IMG/VR virus record: IMGVR_UViG_3300027734_000039
Length of the DNA stretch: 64,000 bases
From: a virus
Reading direction: 5' to 3' (one strand)
Shown: piece by piece, positions 18,596 to 28,997 of the stretch
How the letters are laid out: every line of letters starts with the position of its first letter
Position numbering within the stretch: position 1 is the stretch's first letter
Made by a program: the position numbers and the translations under genes
The notes under the pieces: generated by a model
The model's input: the letters and a program-made list of their open reading frames with translations, nothing else
Database searches by the model: none
Told to the model about the DNA's origin: nothing

Positions 18596-18669
18596 TGGGG
18601 GATAGTTCAATGGTAGAACTACCGACTTTGACTCGGTCAATCTTGGTTCGAATCCAGGTCCCCCAGCCA
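18596..18669 (+). tRNA. tRNA-Gln(UUG)
   Basis: TGGGGGA/TCCCCCA acceptor; ACCGA-CTTTGAC-TCGGT; encoded CCA. Confidence 0.95.
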
Positions 18670-18688
18670 CTATATTATGGAGATCGTG

Positions 18689-19513
18689 ATGAATTATGGT
18701 CCTACATTGTTAGAACAATACGCAAAAGAACAAATGGTCGTTGTTATAATTAAAGGAGCGCTGAATATCATCGCTCTCGTCGCTGGCGCTGTTCTTATCT
18801 CTATGGCATATCAGTCATGGGAAGTTGGTATCGGTGCTGCTTGTTTGGTTTTCTTTCATAAGACGGTGAAGTGATGAACGAAGAGCTAATTCATGAACTT
18901 GCAATCAAAGCTGGATTTAAGAAATACGATAAGGATGATGGTCTCTATTCTCCGTATATCGAGGGATATGAGCTCAATGGTGTGCTTGAGGAGTTTGCCG
19001 AACACATCATTAAAGAATGTATGAATAGAGTTTCTAAGTGGAATACCTTCATTATTGAAGATGATATAATCCATCGTTCGAATATAGCAGATTATATCAA
19101 TAAAGATTTGCGCGAACACTTTGGAGTTAAGTGATGAGAATCTTAGATAAAACCGTTCGGATGAATGCAGATTTTAAGCCTGTGATGTTGATCACGTTTG
19201 AGCTACCACTTACACTGCCACTAGAAAACTTCAGTTTACAAGATGAAGACTTTGTAGCAGCGTTCGTTGAAGCCAATAAAGCGTATGATGATCAGCAAAA
19301 GGTAGAGAAAAAGTGATGAAAACAGCTCTTGACTATGCTAATGAAACCATCAAATTGTATGTTGAAAATTCTGCCTATAATCCAGAAAATATGCATAAAT
19401 TTGGATTAAAGCAAGCATACCCAAAGTGGGAAGAGAAGCTAGAAAAAGAAAAGCTCGTGATTTATCTTACGACTATTCTCGAGCGTATGCCTTATGAGCT
19501 ATTGAAAAAGTAA
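18689..19513 (+). CDS. Four small hypothetical proteins (one membrane)
   Basis: Translationally coupled ORFs with GTGATG overlaps. Confidence 0.5.
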
Positions 19514-19813
19514 TTACTTTTTCTCTTCTACTTTACCTTCGTCAGCTTTCTTCTTAGCTTCATCAAGAGTTTTATATAATGAGTTCACGTTCTTTTGGCA
19601 CTCTGTATTCTTTGAATGAAGCTCAACAAGCAGCTTTGCGACTTGCGCATCAGTCAACGTATCAGGGTTCGGGAATCGCCTTACGTTTTGACAGTAGAAC
19701 AACGAGCGGTCTGGTACGTACACCTGAATCTCCGTCTTCGTTATCACCTGTCGTGGTTTTGATGCGCATGCGGTCAATCCGAGCATAGCAACTACAACAA
19801 TAAGTATTTTCAT
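19514..19813 (-). CDS. Outer-membrane spanin (Rz1-like lipoprotein)
   Basis: Lipobox LTAC; Cys pair; overlaps the i-spanin stop. Confidence 0.75.
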   Translation of the reverse strand: MKILIVVVAMLGLTACASKPRQVITKTEIQVYVPDRSLFYCQNVRRFPNPDTLTDAQVAKLLVELHSKNTECQKNVNSLYKTLDEAKKKADEGKVEEKK

Positions 19814-20154
19814 TTCGGAGCATCCTTTAATTTAGCTACTGTTTTCTTCAAAACGTCAGAGGCTGGTCTATCAACAGTTTCTTTTGATTCGATTACAGTG
19901 TTGATTTCTTCCATCTTGCCTTTGAATGCTTTTTTATCGGCAGCGTTTTCGGCTTCTATCTCTGCCTGTCTCTTAGCCATGGCAGCAAGCTTTTCTTTCA
20001 TAGCTTGTTGATCTTTTTCGTTTTGCTCGAGTTGTGCCTGATTATATTCTAGTAGAGCTTCGCGCTCGATACCTTTACGCCAGTTATAATAGAATGCGGT
20101 AAGAGCTCCGAATAGGAATATTCCACCGATGATATATAATTGAATACGACCCAT
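19810..20154 (-). CDS. Inner-membrane spanin (Rz-like)
   Basis: N-terminal TM plus coiled coil; late-promoter-like ACTAAATA upstream. Confidence 0.75.
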   Translation of the reverse strand: MGRIQLYIIGGIFLFGALTAFYYNWRKGIEREALLEYNQAQLEQNEKDQQAMKEKLAAMAKRQAEIEAENAADKKAFKGKMEEINTVIESKETVDRPASDVLKKTVAKLKDAPK

Positions 20155-20185
20155 GATAACCTCCATTAGATAGGATTATTTAGTA

Positions 20186-20770
20186 ATGAAAATAAACATT
20201 GGACCTTACCGCGATTGGATTGGACCCTACCAAATTGCTGATGCTATCTTTTTCTGGGTTGAACGTCGTGGTGTATTTGCAGATGAACCTGCAATCTATA
20301 ATCGTTGGGATTACAGAGCAGCAGACAAGCTCGGTGACTGGCTCTCTACTACATGGGTTCTAAATCTGTGTGAATGGATTGATAAGTTTAGAACACGCAA
20401 GGTAAAAGTTCAAATTGATCCATATGATACTTGGTCGATGGATCACACACTCTCTTTGATCGTTCATCCTATGCTTGTTCAGCTGAAAGCAGCTAATCAC
20501 GGCTACTTCAGCTCAGACCCAGAAGACGCACCACAAATTGGTAAAGGCGAGGTAACAGATTATGGCGGTAATGATACTCGTGCTCTTGATCGCTATAATT
20601 GGATCATGGACGAAATGATCTGGACATTCGATCAACTTGCACACGGCGATGATATGATGTTTTATTCTGAAAAGGATGGATGGGATCTCGTTCGCAGCGA
20701 GCAATATCAAAAGCGTATTGCAAACGGGTTGCGTCTCTTTGGTAAGTATTATCGAGCATTGTGGGATTAA
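20186..20770 (+). CDS. Conserved phage hypothetical protein
   Basis: IDPYDTWSMDHTL..WIMDEMIWTF..GLRLFGKYYRALWD. Confidence 0.65.
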   Translation: MKINIGPYRDWIGPYQIADAIFFWVERRGVFADEPAIYNRWDYRAADKLGDWLSTTWVLNLCEWIDKFRTRKVKVQIDPYDTWSMDHTLSLIVHPMLVQLKAANHGYFSSDPEDAPQIGKGEVTDYGGNDTRALDRYNWIMDEMIWTFDQLAHGDDMMFYSEKDGWDLVRSEQYQKRIANGLRLFGKYYRALWD

Positions 20771-20982
20771 TAATGGTACCAGTTGTTCAAATACCAGAAG
20801 ATATAATTAAAGAAGCAGCAGAATGTTGTAAAGACGACGAGAACAACAACTTCAAAAGGCTTCTAGAAACTGGAAAAGAATTTCACGAAGCTGGCATGAC
20901 GCCATTGTATTTGTTAAACCAATCAACGATGCAGTTGATGGTCATAGCAAAAGAAACACATCAAAAAAAATTACACTGACCC

Positions 20983-21072
20983 CTTGAATTTTATAGGTGG
21001 AGAACCTATATAATATTATGGATTGCTTCGGGATCCATACTATAACTTAATCTTGCTTAATAGGAGATAAAC
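20983..21072 (+). promoter_or_regulatory. RpoH (sigma32) promoter and ROSE-like RNA thermometer
   Basis: CTTGAA-N16-CCTATAT; a C(UUCG)G hairpin; UCUUGCU pairing with the AGGAGA SD with a bulged G. Confidence 0.75.
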
Positions 21073-21597
21073 ATGACAAATCCTTGGACTAATTATAAGT
21101 TCGATCACACCTTTTCAGATCTTCATAAATTCGATAAGTATTTCATTGGTTCGGATAAGTTCCTTGCCAAAGTACAAGAAACTATGGACCTCGTTGCTAA
21201 CAGCGCAGCATCTGCTGGCTATCCACCATTCAATCTTAAGAAAACAGACGAGAACGTCTATGTGATTGAAATGGCTGTTGCTGGTTTCGGCAAAAACGAT
21301 ATCGAACTTACTCTTGAAGAAAACAAACTCAAGATTGCTGGTCATACAACTGTTGACTCGCTTGTAACTGATGGTATTGATCAAAAGTTCCTTCACAAGG
21401 GTATTTCCGATCGTCCGTTCGAACGTACTTTCAGCCTTGCTGATAATGTTGTTGTGAATAATGCTCAGTACGTTAATGGTCTATTGAAAATTTGGCTTGA
21501 ACATATTATCCCAGAAGATAAGAAGCCAAAGAAAATCAATATCGAAGACGTTACAGAAGCTGCCCCAGCTTCAGCTAAAAAGATCGATTCAAAATAA
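21073..21597 (+). CDS. ibpA: Small heat-shock protein Hsp20/IbpA
   Basis: YPPFNL..IEMAVAGF..FLHKGIS.R.FERTFSL..NGLL..KPKKINI. Confidence 0.95.
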   Translation: MTNPWTNYKFDHTFSDLHKFDKYFIGSDKFLAKVQETMDLVANSAASAGYPPFNLKKTDENVYVIEMAVAGFGKNDIELTLEENKLKIAGHTTVDSLVTDGIDQKFLHKGISDRPFERTFSLADNVVVNNAQYVNGLLKIWLEHIIPEDKKPKKINIEDVTEAAPASAKKIDSK

Positions 21598-21620
21598 TTT
21601 AAGTGAACTGTAGATTATGA

Positions 21621-21650
21621 TAGCTGGGGGAATTTCGCCCCCAGCTTTTT
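21621..21650 (+). terminator. Intrinsic terminator after Hsp20
   Basis: AGCTGGGGG..CCCCCAGCT followed by TTTT. Confidence 0.8.
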
Positions 21651-21676
21651 CTGCGTTTCATATAAAGGAAAATAAA

Positions 21677-21841
21677 ATGGCACATTTATTCACAAAAACA
21701 TACGAAGCTGTAAGAGACACGTTTAGATTTTATAATACAATTTACGAACTACAATGTTTGAATGATAGAGATCTTCAAAAGCTAGGATTGACTAGACAAG
21801 AAATCGTCTTCATTGCGGCTAAAGCAATAACAACTAAATAA
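21677..21841 (+). CDS. DUF1127 (YjiS-like) small protein
   Basis: TIYELQCLNDRDLQKLGLTRQEI resembles the DUF1127 consensus ELxxLSDRxLxDIGL. Confidence 0.8.
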   Translation: MAHLFTKTYEAVRDTFRFYNTIYELQCLNDRDLQKLGLTRQEIVFIAAKAITTK

Positions 21842-21893
21842 CACCGTTGAGTTTCTTCTATATTATGTTTTGAAAATAATATGGGAGATATAA

Positions 21894-22511
21894 ATGTCAA
21901 TAGTAACATTTGACCAATTGAATGATTTCTTTGAAGATACCTCTGAAGATATCATTGAAAGATTCGTAGAGCCTCTTAATGAAGCAATGGCTTTCTACGA
22001 AATTAACACACCAAAGCGTATAGCTATGTTTCTTGCTCAAGTTGGGCATGAGTCTGGTGGGTTAAGAACAATTAAAGAAAATTTAAACTACTCGGCTGAT
22101 GGACTTAAGAGAGTATTTCCAAAATACTTTCGTACTGTAAATCCTGCTGACTATGCTAAGAAGCCAGAAAAGATTGCCAATCGCGTATACGCTAGTCGTA
22201 TGGGTAATGGTGATGAAGCGTCTGGTGATGGCTACAGATACTGTGGTCGTGGTCTAATTCAGCTTACAGGTAAGTCAAACTATCAAGCATTCGCAAGAGA
22301 CATGGAAATGGATTTTGCTGAAGCAACTGAATGGTTGAGCACTGAAGAAGGTGCAGCTTGGTCAGCCGCATGGTTTTGGGATTCCCGCGAATTAAACAAG
22401 TGGGCAGATCAAGGTGACATTCTAACGGTCACAAAAAAGATTAATGGCGGAACCATTGGTCTTGAAGATCGTAAGCATCATTATGAAGCAGCCCTCGAAG
22501 TTTTTTCATAA
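21894..22511 (+). CDS. Endolysin, glycoside hydrolase family 19
   Basis: FLAQVGHESGG, ENLNYS, GRGLIQLTG and KKINGG motifs. Confidence 0.95.
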   Translation: MSIVTFDQLNDFFEDTSEDIIERFVEPLNEAMAFYEINTPKRIAMFLAQVGHESGGLRTIKENLNYSADGLKRVFPKYFRTVNPADYAKKPEKIANRVYASRMGNGDEASGDGYRYCGRGLIQLTGKSNYQAFARDMEMDFAEATEWLSTEEGAAWSAAWFWDSRELNKWADQGDILTVTKKINGGTIGLEDRKHHYEAALEVFS

Positions 22512-22521
22512 GGAGTTATAG

Positions 22522-23010
22522 ATGCCTAAATTTGGTACACCAGATCCAAACGCAGAACCAGAAGCACCTAAGCCAGCAATGGATATGCTGCCACCTGCTA
22601 CAAAAGGTGCAGCTGCTTCTATTCCTACAAGCTACAGTGGTTCGTTCTCGAGTCCATCGTCTAGTTCAACCGTTCAGCAGTTGTCGCCAGAAGCACAGCT
22701 TGCTAAGATTGAATTAGAAAAGCAGCAGTGGGAAAAGGAAAACGCAAAGCAAGACGAACATTGGATGAAGTCATATTGGCGCCCAGCAATGGGTTGGCTC
22801 TATATGCTTATCTGTTTCGTTGACTTCGTAGCTTTTCCAGTTATCGCAATGTTCATGCCAGTGATTCTTAAAGCATCTGGCATCAGTATGGCATACGTTG
22901 CTTGGCAATCTCTTACCCTCAGCAATGGTGGTCTTATCCATCTTGCTTTCGGTGCTATCCTCGGTATCACTTCGTATACTCGCGGACAGGAAAAGATTGC
23001 TAACAAATAA
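22522..23010 (+). CDS. Putative holin (3TM holin family)
   Basis: WRPAMGWLY..HLAFGAILG..RGQEK; follows the endolysin. Confidence 0.7.
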   Translation: MPKFGTPDPNAEPEAPKPAMDMLPPATKGAAASIPTSYSGSFSSPSSSSTVQQLSPEAQLAKIELEKQQWEKENAKQDEHWMKSYWRPAMGWLYMLICFVDFVAFPVIAMFMPVILKASGISMAYVAWQSLTLSNGGLIHLAFGAILGITSYTRGQEKIANK

Positions 23011-23065
23011 AACTTGACTTTGATGTGAAAGTCAGGTAATATATAATGTGTTTCGTGGAGGGATT

Positions 23066-25528
23066 ATGGCTTTTTATACTAATGCATTTGTTCGTGGCGA
23101 TAAAGTCTATATGCGTGGTTTTGATAAAGGATTGCGTATTAAAGATGTTGTCGAATATAAGCCGTATCTTTTCGTTCAGAAACAAGGTGGTAAGTATTCC
23201 ACTCTAAACGGTAAGTCTGTAGATAAAATTGTATTTGATTCTATTCGTGACGCAAAAGATTTCATCGAGCGTTATGAAAATGTTTCTAATATGGATATCT
23301 ATGGGCTTACCGCTTTTGCTTATCTATACATCTTTGACAACTTCAAAGGTGATATTGATTACGACCCCAAATTAGTAAACATCGGAACTCTTGATATTGA
23401 GTGTGCTGCCGATGAAGGTTTCCCTGATATTCAAAAAGCAGATAAAGAACTTACAGCGATTACCATTCGTTGTAAGGGACGTAATTATGTTTTTGGATGC
23501 GGCGACTTTGTAACTGAAGATCCTAATACTCATTACATTAAGTGTAACGATGAGTATATGCTCATTCAGAAGTTCCTTGCTTGTTGGCAAGCTCTTGACC
23601 TCGATATTGTTACGGGATGGAACATCGAGTTCTTTGACATTCCTTATTTGATTAATCGAATTAAGTTGCTGTTCAACGATAAAGAAGTTAAGAAGCTTTC
23701 GCCATGGGGTATCTTTACTGAAAAGAACGTAGAGTTTCGTGGCAAGGAAAACCAGAGTTATAACATTCTTGGTCTTTCTGTTCTTGACTACTATCAGCTC
23801 TATCGTAAGTTTACATTCGGCAATCAGGAATCTTATAAGCTAGATTTCATTTCGCAAATCGAACTTGGCAAAAAGAAGATCGACTATTCAGAGCATGGTT
23901 CGCTTCTTGAACTCTATAAGAATAACTTTCAAAAGTTTATCGAGTATAACATTCACGACTGTGTGCTTGTTGACCGTCTTGATGATAAGTTGAAGTTCCT
24001 TGAGCAGGTTATGGCTCTTGCGTATGACGCGAAGGTAAACTATAACGATACCCTCACGACTGTTCGTGTTTGGGATACTATCATTCACAATTATCTTCTT
24101 GAACAAAATATTGTCATTCCGCAGTTCAAGAAGCAAAATGATTTCGAATCTCTTGTTGGTGGTTATGTTAAAGAGCCGAAGCCAGGATTGAGTAAGTGGG
24201 TCGTTTCATTCGACTTGAACTCTCTGTATCCGCATTTGATCATGCAGTATAACATCAGTTCAGAGACATTTGCTGGACGAATTGATTTTCCTTCTATTGA
24301 TTATTTGCTAGAAGGTAATTGGGAATATCGTGACGGTATGGTTGCGTATGCTGCTAATGGTTGCACCTATCGCAAAGACAAACAAGGATTCCTTCCCGCA
24401 CTAATGGAGAAGATGTATGATGATCGTGTTATCTACAAAAAGAAAATGCTTGAAGCCAAGCAAAGGTATGAAAAAACGAAAAGCAAAGATGACGAGAAAC
24501 TCATCGCGCGATATCACAATATGCAGATGGCCAAGAAGATCCAGCTTAACTCAGCCTACGGTGCGTTGGGCAATCAGTACTTCCGCTGGTTCAATTTTAA
24601 TCACGCAGAAGCCATCACGACGTCTGGTCAGCTCTCGATCCGCTGGATTGAAAAGAAGATGAACGAGTATATGAATAAGATCTGTAAGACAACTGGCGTT
24701 GATTACGTCATTGCTTCGGATACTGATTCTATCTATGTTACATTTGAAAAACTTATTCCTGAAGGTAGCGACGAACTTGAAGCTGTTAAGTTGATTGATC
24801 AGTTTTGCGAAACTAAGGTCCAGCATTATTTGAATTCTTGTTATGACGAGCTTGCTGGTATGATGAATGCTTATCAGCAGAAGATGCAAATGAAACGCGA
24901 GACGATCGCTAACAAGGGCATCTGGCGTAAAAAGAAAATGTATATTCTTAATGCGTGGAACGTTGAAGGCGTTCAGTATGATAAACCAAAGTTGAAGCTT
25001 CAGGGTATCGAAGCAGTTCGCTCTTCAACGCCATATGTTTGCCGTGAGAATATTAAGAAGGCTCTCGGTATCATTATGAATAGCAATCAAAAAGAACTTA
25101 AGGAGTTTGTTCTTAATTTCAAAAAAGAGTTTATGACACTTCCATTTGAAGATGTCGCATTTCCAAGAGGCGTAAAAGGTCTAAAGGATTATGCTGGTAA
25201 GCACGGGCAAATTTATGGAATGAAAACTCCTATTCATGTTCGTGGTGCACTGCTCTATAATCGTCTTATCAAAGAAAAGAAAGTTAAGAACCTAGCACCT
25301 ATTTCAGATGGCGATAAGATCAAGTTTGCGTATCTTATGGAACCGAATCCTATCGGTGAAAATATCATTGCCAGCCCTGATGTGCTTCCTATAGAATTCG
25401 ATCTTGATAAGTATATCAATAGAGAAATGCAGTTTGATAAAGCATTCCTAGAGCCTCTCCGTTCGATTACGGAAATTATAGATTGGCAAATCGAAGACAA
25501 ATCAACATTGGAGGATTTTTTCGGATGA
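23066..25528 (+). CDS. gp43: DNA polymerase B gp43
   Basis: ExoI DIE, SFDLNSLYP, KIQLNSAYG and SDTDS motifs; no intein visible. Confidence 0.98.
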   Translation: MAFYTNAFVRGDKVYMRGFDKGLRIKDVVEYKPYLFVQKQGGKYSTLNGKSVDKIVFDSIRDAKDFIERYENVSNMDIYGLTAFAYLYIFDNFKGDIDYDPKLVNIGTLDIECAADEGFPDIQKADKELTAITIRCKGRNYVFGCGDFVTEDPNTHYIKCNDEYMLIQKFLACWQALDLDIVTGWNIEFFDIPYLINRIKLLFNDKEVKKLSPWGIFTEKNVEFRGKENQSYNILGLSVLDYYQLYRKFTFGNQESYKLDFISQIELGKKKIDYSEHGSLLELYKNNFQKFIEYNIHDCVLVDRLDDKLKFLEQVMALAYDAKVNYNDTLTTVRVWDTIIHNYLLEQNIVIPQFKKQNDFESLVGGYVKEPKPGLSKWVVSFDLNSLYPHLIMQYNISSETFAGRIDFPSIDYLLEGNWEYRDGMVAYAANGCTYRKDKQGFLPALMEKMYDDRVIYKKKMLEAKQRYEKTKSKDDEKLIARYHNMQMAKKIQLNSAYGALGNQYFRWFNFNHAEAITTSGQLSIRWIEKKMNEYMNKICKTTGVDYVIASDTDSIYVTFEKLIPEGSDELEAVKLIDQFCETKVQHYLNSCYDELAGMMNAYQQKMQMKRETIANKGIWRKKKMYILNAWNVEGVQYDKPKLKLQGIEAVRSSTPYVCRENIKKALGIIMNSNQKELKEFVLNFKKEFMTLPFEDVAFPRGVKGLKDYAGKHGQIYGMKTPIHVRGALLYNRLIKEKKVKNLAPISDGDKIKFAYLMEPNPIGENIIASPDVLPIEFDLDKYINREMQFDKAFLEPLRSITEIIDWQIEDKSTLEDFFG

Positions 25529-25743
25529 ACCTTAACGAGGAAGATGACTTCGGCTTTACATTCGCCGACTCAGAAGAAATTAAAGCACAGACAAACGATA
25601 AGGTCGAAGGATTGCGTAAAATGATTATGCCACTTCTTAACAACCTTATGAAGAATCCAGAGAAAGATACAATCGTCTGGCCAAACAGAGATAAAACAAT
25701 CAAAGCATTTATTAAAAAGATGGACGATTATATTAACAGTTGA
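25525..25743 (+). CDS. Conserved small protein downstream of gp43
   Basis: DDFGFTF..IMPLLNNLMKNPEKDTIVWPNR. Confidence 0.7.
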   Translation: MNLNEEDDFGFTFADSEEIKAQTNDKVEGLRKMIMPLLNNLMKNPEKDTIVWPNRDKTIKAFIKKMDDYINS

Positions 25744-25794
25744 CTTTTATACACATATACCGTATACTAATAATACATATACAAGGAGAAACAC

Positions 25795-26850
25795 ATGTCG
25801 CTTAAAGATAAACTTATTAAGAACAGCACGATTGACCTTACTGCGAGCCTTATTGACTCGAAGATCTTTACGAAGAAGGATATGATTCCTACTTCAGTTC
25901 CTATGATCAACGTTGCTCTTTCTGGTTCTGTTGATGGGGGTATTACTCCTGGACTGACAATGTTGGCTGGTCCATCGAAACACTTTAAGACTGGCTTTGC
26001 TCTTCTCCTCGCCTCTTCATTCCTAAAGAAGTATAAAGACGGTATCATTCTTTTTTATGACTCTGAGTTTGGTACTCCTCAGTCATACTTCCAAACTTTT
26101 GGCATTCCTTTCGATCAAGTTGTTCATACTCCTATCACTGACGTTGAAGAGTTGAAGTTTGATATTATGACTCAGCTCAAGGATCTTGGGCGTGATGATC
26201 ATGTTATGATCGTTGTTGACTCTATCGGTAATCTTGCTTCAAAGAAGGAAGTTGAAGACGCTCTTGAACAGAAGTCTGTTGCGGATATGACTCGCGCGAA
26301 GCAGATGAAGTCTCTCTTCCGTATGATTACTCCGCATCTTTCGCTCAAGGATATTCCTATGGTTGTGATCAATCACACCTATAAGGAAATTGGAATGTTC
26401 CCGAAAGATATCGTCGGCGGTGGCACTGGTTCGTACTATGGCTCGGACAATATTTGGATTCTTGGTCGCCAGCAGGATAAGGACGGCGGTGAAATTCAGG
26501 GGTATCACTTTGTTATCAATGTTGAAAAGTCTCGTTATGTTAAAGAAAAATCAAAGATTCCGATCACTGTCTCGTTTGAAGGTGGTATTAATCGCTGGTC
26601 TGGGTTGCTTGATGTCGCCTTGGATGGTGGTTATATTGTTAAACCTAAAGTTGGCTGGTATGCCGTAGTTGACAAGGAAACTGGTGAAGTCAAACAGCCA
26701 AACATGCGTGCTGGTGACATTGTCGATAATAAAGATTTTTGGATGAAGATGTTCCAAACTACCGATTTCTCTAAGTTTATTGAATCGAAGTATAAGATGG
26801 CTGTTGGACAAATCATGGAAGAGTCGAACGAAGATGATGAAACAGCCTAG
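25795..26850 (+). CDS. uvsX: RecA-like recombinase UvsX
   Basis: AGPSKHFKT, FYDSEFG, DSIGNLAS and VVINHTY motifs. Confidence 0.97.
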   Translation: MSLKDKLIKNSTIDLTASLIDSKIFTKKDMIPTSVPMINVALSGSVDGGITPGLTMLAGPSKHFKTGFALLLASSFLKKYKDGIILFYDSEFGTPQSYFQTFGIPFDQVVHTPITDVEELKFDIMTQLKDLGRDDHVMIVVDSIGNLASKKEVEDALEQKSVADMTRAKQMKSLFRMITPHLSLKDIPMVVINHTYKEIGMFPKDIVGGGTGSYYGSDNIWILGRQQDKDGGEIQGYHFVINVEKSRYVKEKSKIPITVSFEGGINRWSGLLDVALDGGYIVKPKVGWYAVVDKETGEVKQPNMRAGDIVDNKDFWMKMFQTTDFSKFIESKYKMAVGQIMEESNEDDETA

Positions 26851-26946
26851 TAATTCGAAGTACGACTATACAACTCGACCATTGAAAGTAACGATGGTCG
26901 AGACTGAAGAAGTATATTTTAAGAACGTGATGGAGAAAGATCGAAA

Positions 26947-28353
26947 ATGGCTATTGAAAACACTATTCTCGCGCATTTGGTCAATAATGAAGAGTATGGT
27001 CGGAAAGTAATTCCTTTCTTAAAGGAAGAGTATTTTCAGGATTATCAAGAGAAAATTGTTTTCAAACTTATTTCTGAGTACGTAGATCAATATAATAGTT
27101 TTCCCTCCAAGGAAGCATTGGCTATCGATCTATCTAATAAAGACGGTCTCAATGAAGATGCGTTCAAAAGAGCAAAAGATATCATTGAGACCCTTAATTA
27201 TGAACCAGACACTAAGCTAGATTGGTTGCTCGATCAAACAGAAAAGTTCTGTCAGGAAAAAGCAGTTTATAATGCGATCATGTCATCTATTCAAATCCTA
27301 GATGATAAAACTGGTAAAAATGCGAAGGGAGCTATCCCTCAGATTCTCTCGGATGCTCTTGCTGTTTCGTTTGACACTCATATCGGTCACGACTTCCTTG
27401 AAGATGCAGATAGCCGATATGAGTTCTATCACACTAAAGAGAGCCGTATCCCGTTTGATATCGATTACTTTAATTCGATTACTCAGGGTGGGCTACCAAA
27501 GAAAACGCTGAATATCGCTCTTGCTGGAACTGGTGTTGGTAAGTCTATGTTCATGTGTCACTGTGCGGCATCTAACCTTACTAAAGGTTTTAATGTTCTC
27601 TACATTACTCTTGAAATGGCAGAAGAACGTATTGCCGAACGTATTGATGCGAACCTTCTTGACGTTACGATTGATGACTTGAAGGTTTTGCCAAAAGACG
27701 TTTATGATAAAAAGATCGCTCGCGTTAAGGGTAAAACTACAGGCAAGCTGATCGTAAAAGAATACCCTACCGCCTGTGCTGGTAGCGCTAACTTCCGTCA
27801 TCTATTGAATGAACTTAAAATTAAACGTAACTTCGTTCCAGATATCATCTACATTGATTATCTGAACATCTGTATGTCATCGAGGATTAAAAATGGAGCC
27901 AACGTCAATTCTTATACCCTTATCAAAGCAATCGCAGAAGAACTACGAGGGTTGGCAGTTGAATTCAATGTTCCTATCGTCTCGGCTACTCAAACAACTC
28001 GAAGTGGATATTCGAACAGCGACGTGGGATTGGAAGATACATCAGAATCCTTTGGACTCCCAGCCACAGCTGATTTTATGTTTGCACTCATCAAACAATC
28101 CGAAGAGATGGCAGACCTCAATCAGATTATGGTTAAGCAGCTTAAGAATCGATATGGTGATCCTGGGGTTAATTCTAGGTTTATCGTTGGCGTGGATCGC
28201 GGCAAGATGCGGCTTTACGATGTAGAGCAATCAGCCCAAACTCTTTCTGAAGATAAACCAGTAATGGATAACACTAAGTTTGGCGAAGAGGATTATGAAC
28301 GTAGCCGACCAAAGTCTAAGTTTGATCGTAGTAAATTTGAGGGGTTCAAGTAA
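26947..28353 (+). CDS. gp41: Replicative helicase gp41
   Basis: AGTGVGKS, LEMAEERIAERID, IDYLNI, SESFGLPATAD and QLKNRY motifs. Confidence 0.98.
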   Translation: MAIENTILAHLVNNEEYGRKVIPFLKEEYFQDYQEKIVFKLISEYVDQYNSFPSKEALAIDLSNKDGLNEDAFKRAKDIIETLNYEPDTKLDWLLDQTEKFCQEKAVYNAIMSSIQILDDKTGKNAKGAIPQILSDALAVSFDTHIGHDFLEDADSRYEFYHTKESRIPFDIDYFNSITQGGLPKKTLNIALAGTGVGKSMFMCHCAASNLTKGFNVLYITLEMAEERIAERIDANLLDVTIDDLKVLPKDVYDKKIARVKGKTTGKLIVKEYPTACAGSANFRHLLNELKIKRNFVPDIIYIDYLNICMSSRIKNGANVNSYTLIKAIAEELRGLAVEFNVPIVSATQTTRSGYSNSDVGLEDTSESFGLPATADFMFALIKQSEEMADLNQIMVKQLKNRYGDPGVNSRFIVGVDRGKMRLYDVEQSAQTLSEDKPVMDNTKFGEEDYERSRPKSKFDRSKFEGFK

Positions 28354-28696
28354 TGGATAATACAGAAGATATGACAGATGTGTTCGTTAACATGTTAATC
28401 GCTACAGTTTCCGAACTTAAACAAGAAAACGAAAAGCTCAAGCAGGAGGTTGAAATTCTTGTTGAGTCGCTTCGGGCTATTCAGTGGAGAATGGATGGTT
28501 TGGACAAATGACCGCTATAATTAAAAATATTATTGATTTTAGTTCTACCCTTGCCGTTATGGGGCTAGTTCTTTGGTTCTTTGATGCTCCTGCTCTATCA
28601 CCAAAAGATATTATGCATATCGGGGTAATCAACTCTGTATTGTTTCTAGCAGTTCTTGGGATTGTTTATATGTACAATCGCGATTGGAGTAAATAA

Positions 28697-28897
28697 ATGA
28701 ATTATAAGACAGTACAAGGCGAAAAGAATTGTTCTATCTATAATGTAGTGGAAACAACCACTAATCAAATCATCAAAACCTTTAAGGACCATAAGGACGC
28801 TAAAGAATTCATGCGACATTTGAATTTAGGTGGTGGTTTTGATGGTTTTTCTCCAACTTTTATTTTAAAAAGTGTGACTTCTAATATAAATAAATGA
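28697..28897 (+). CDS. Conserved small hypothetical protein
   Basis: HLNLGGGFDGFSPTF motif. Confidence 0.6.
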   Translation: MNYKTVQGEKNCSIYNVVETTTNQIIKTFKDHKDAKEFMRHLNLGGGFDGFSPTFILKSVTSNINK

Positions 28898-28898
28898 T

Positions 28899-28997
28899 CG
28901 AAATATGTTTTACGCTATATGCGTATGAGGCACGAGACTGAGAAGGGTCTAGGAATAGTTGGGAGCATTCGGTGGGGTTCCGCCCAACCATATTTCG
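28899..28997 (+). ncRNA. Candidate structured late ncRNA
   Basis: TATAAATA at 28885; closing stem CGAAATATG/CATATTTCG; internal hairpins; terminator at 29007-29034. Confidence 0.6.

Noticed and set aside
28930-28960. Hammerhead ribozyme core in the candidate ncRNA
   Set aside because: CTGAGAAG does not fit CUGANGA, and there is no correctly placed GAAA.
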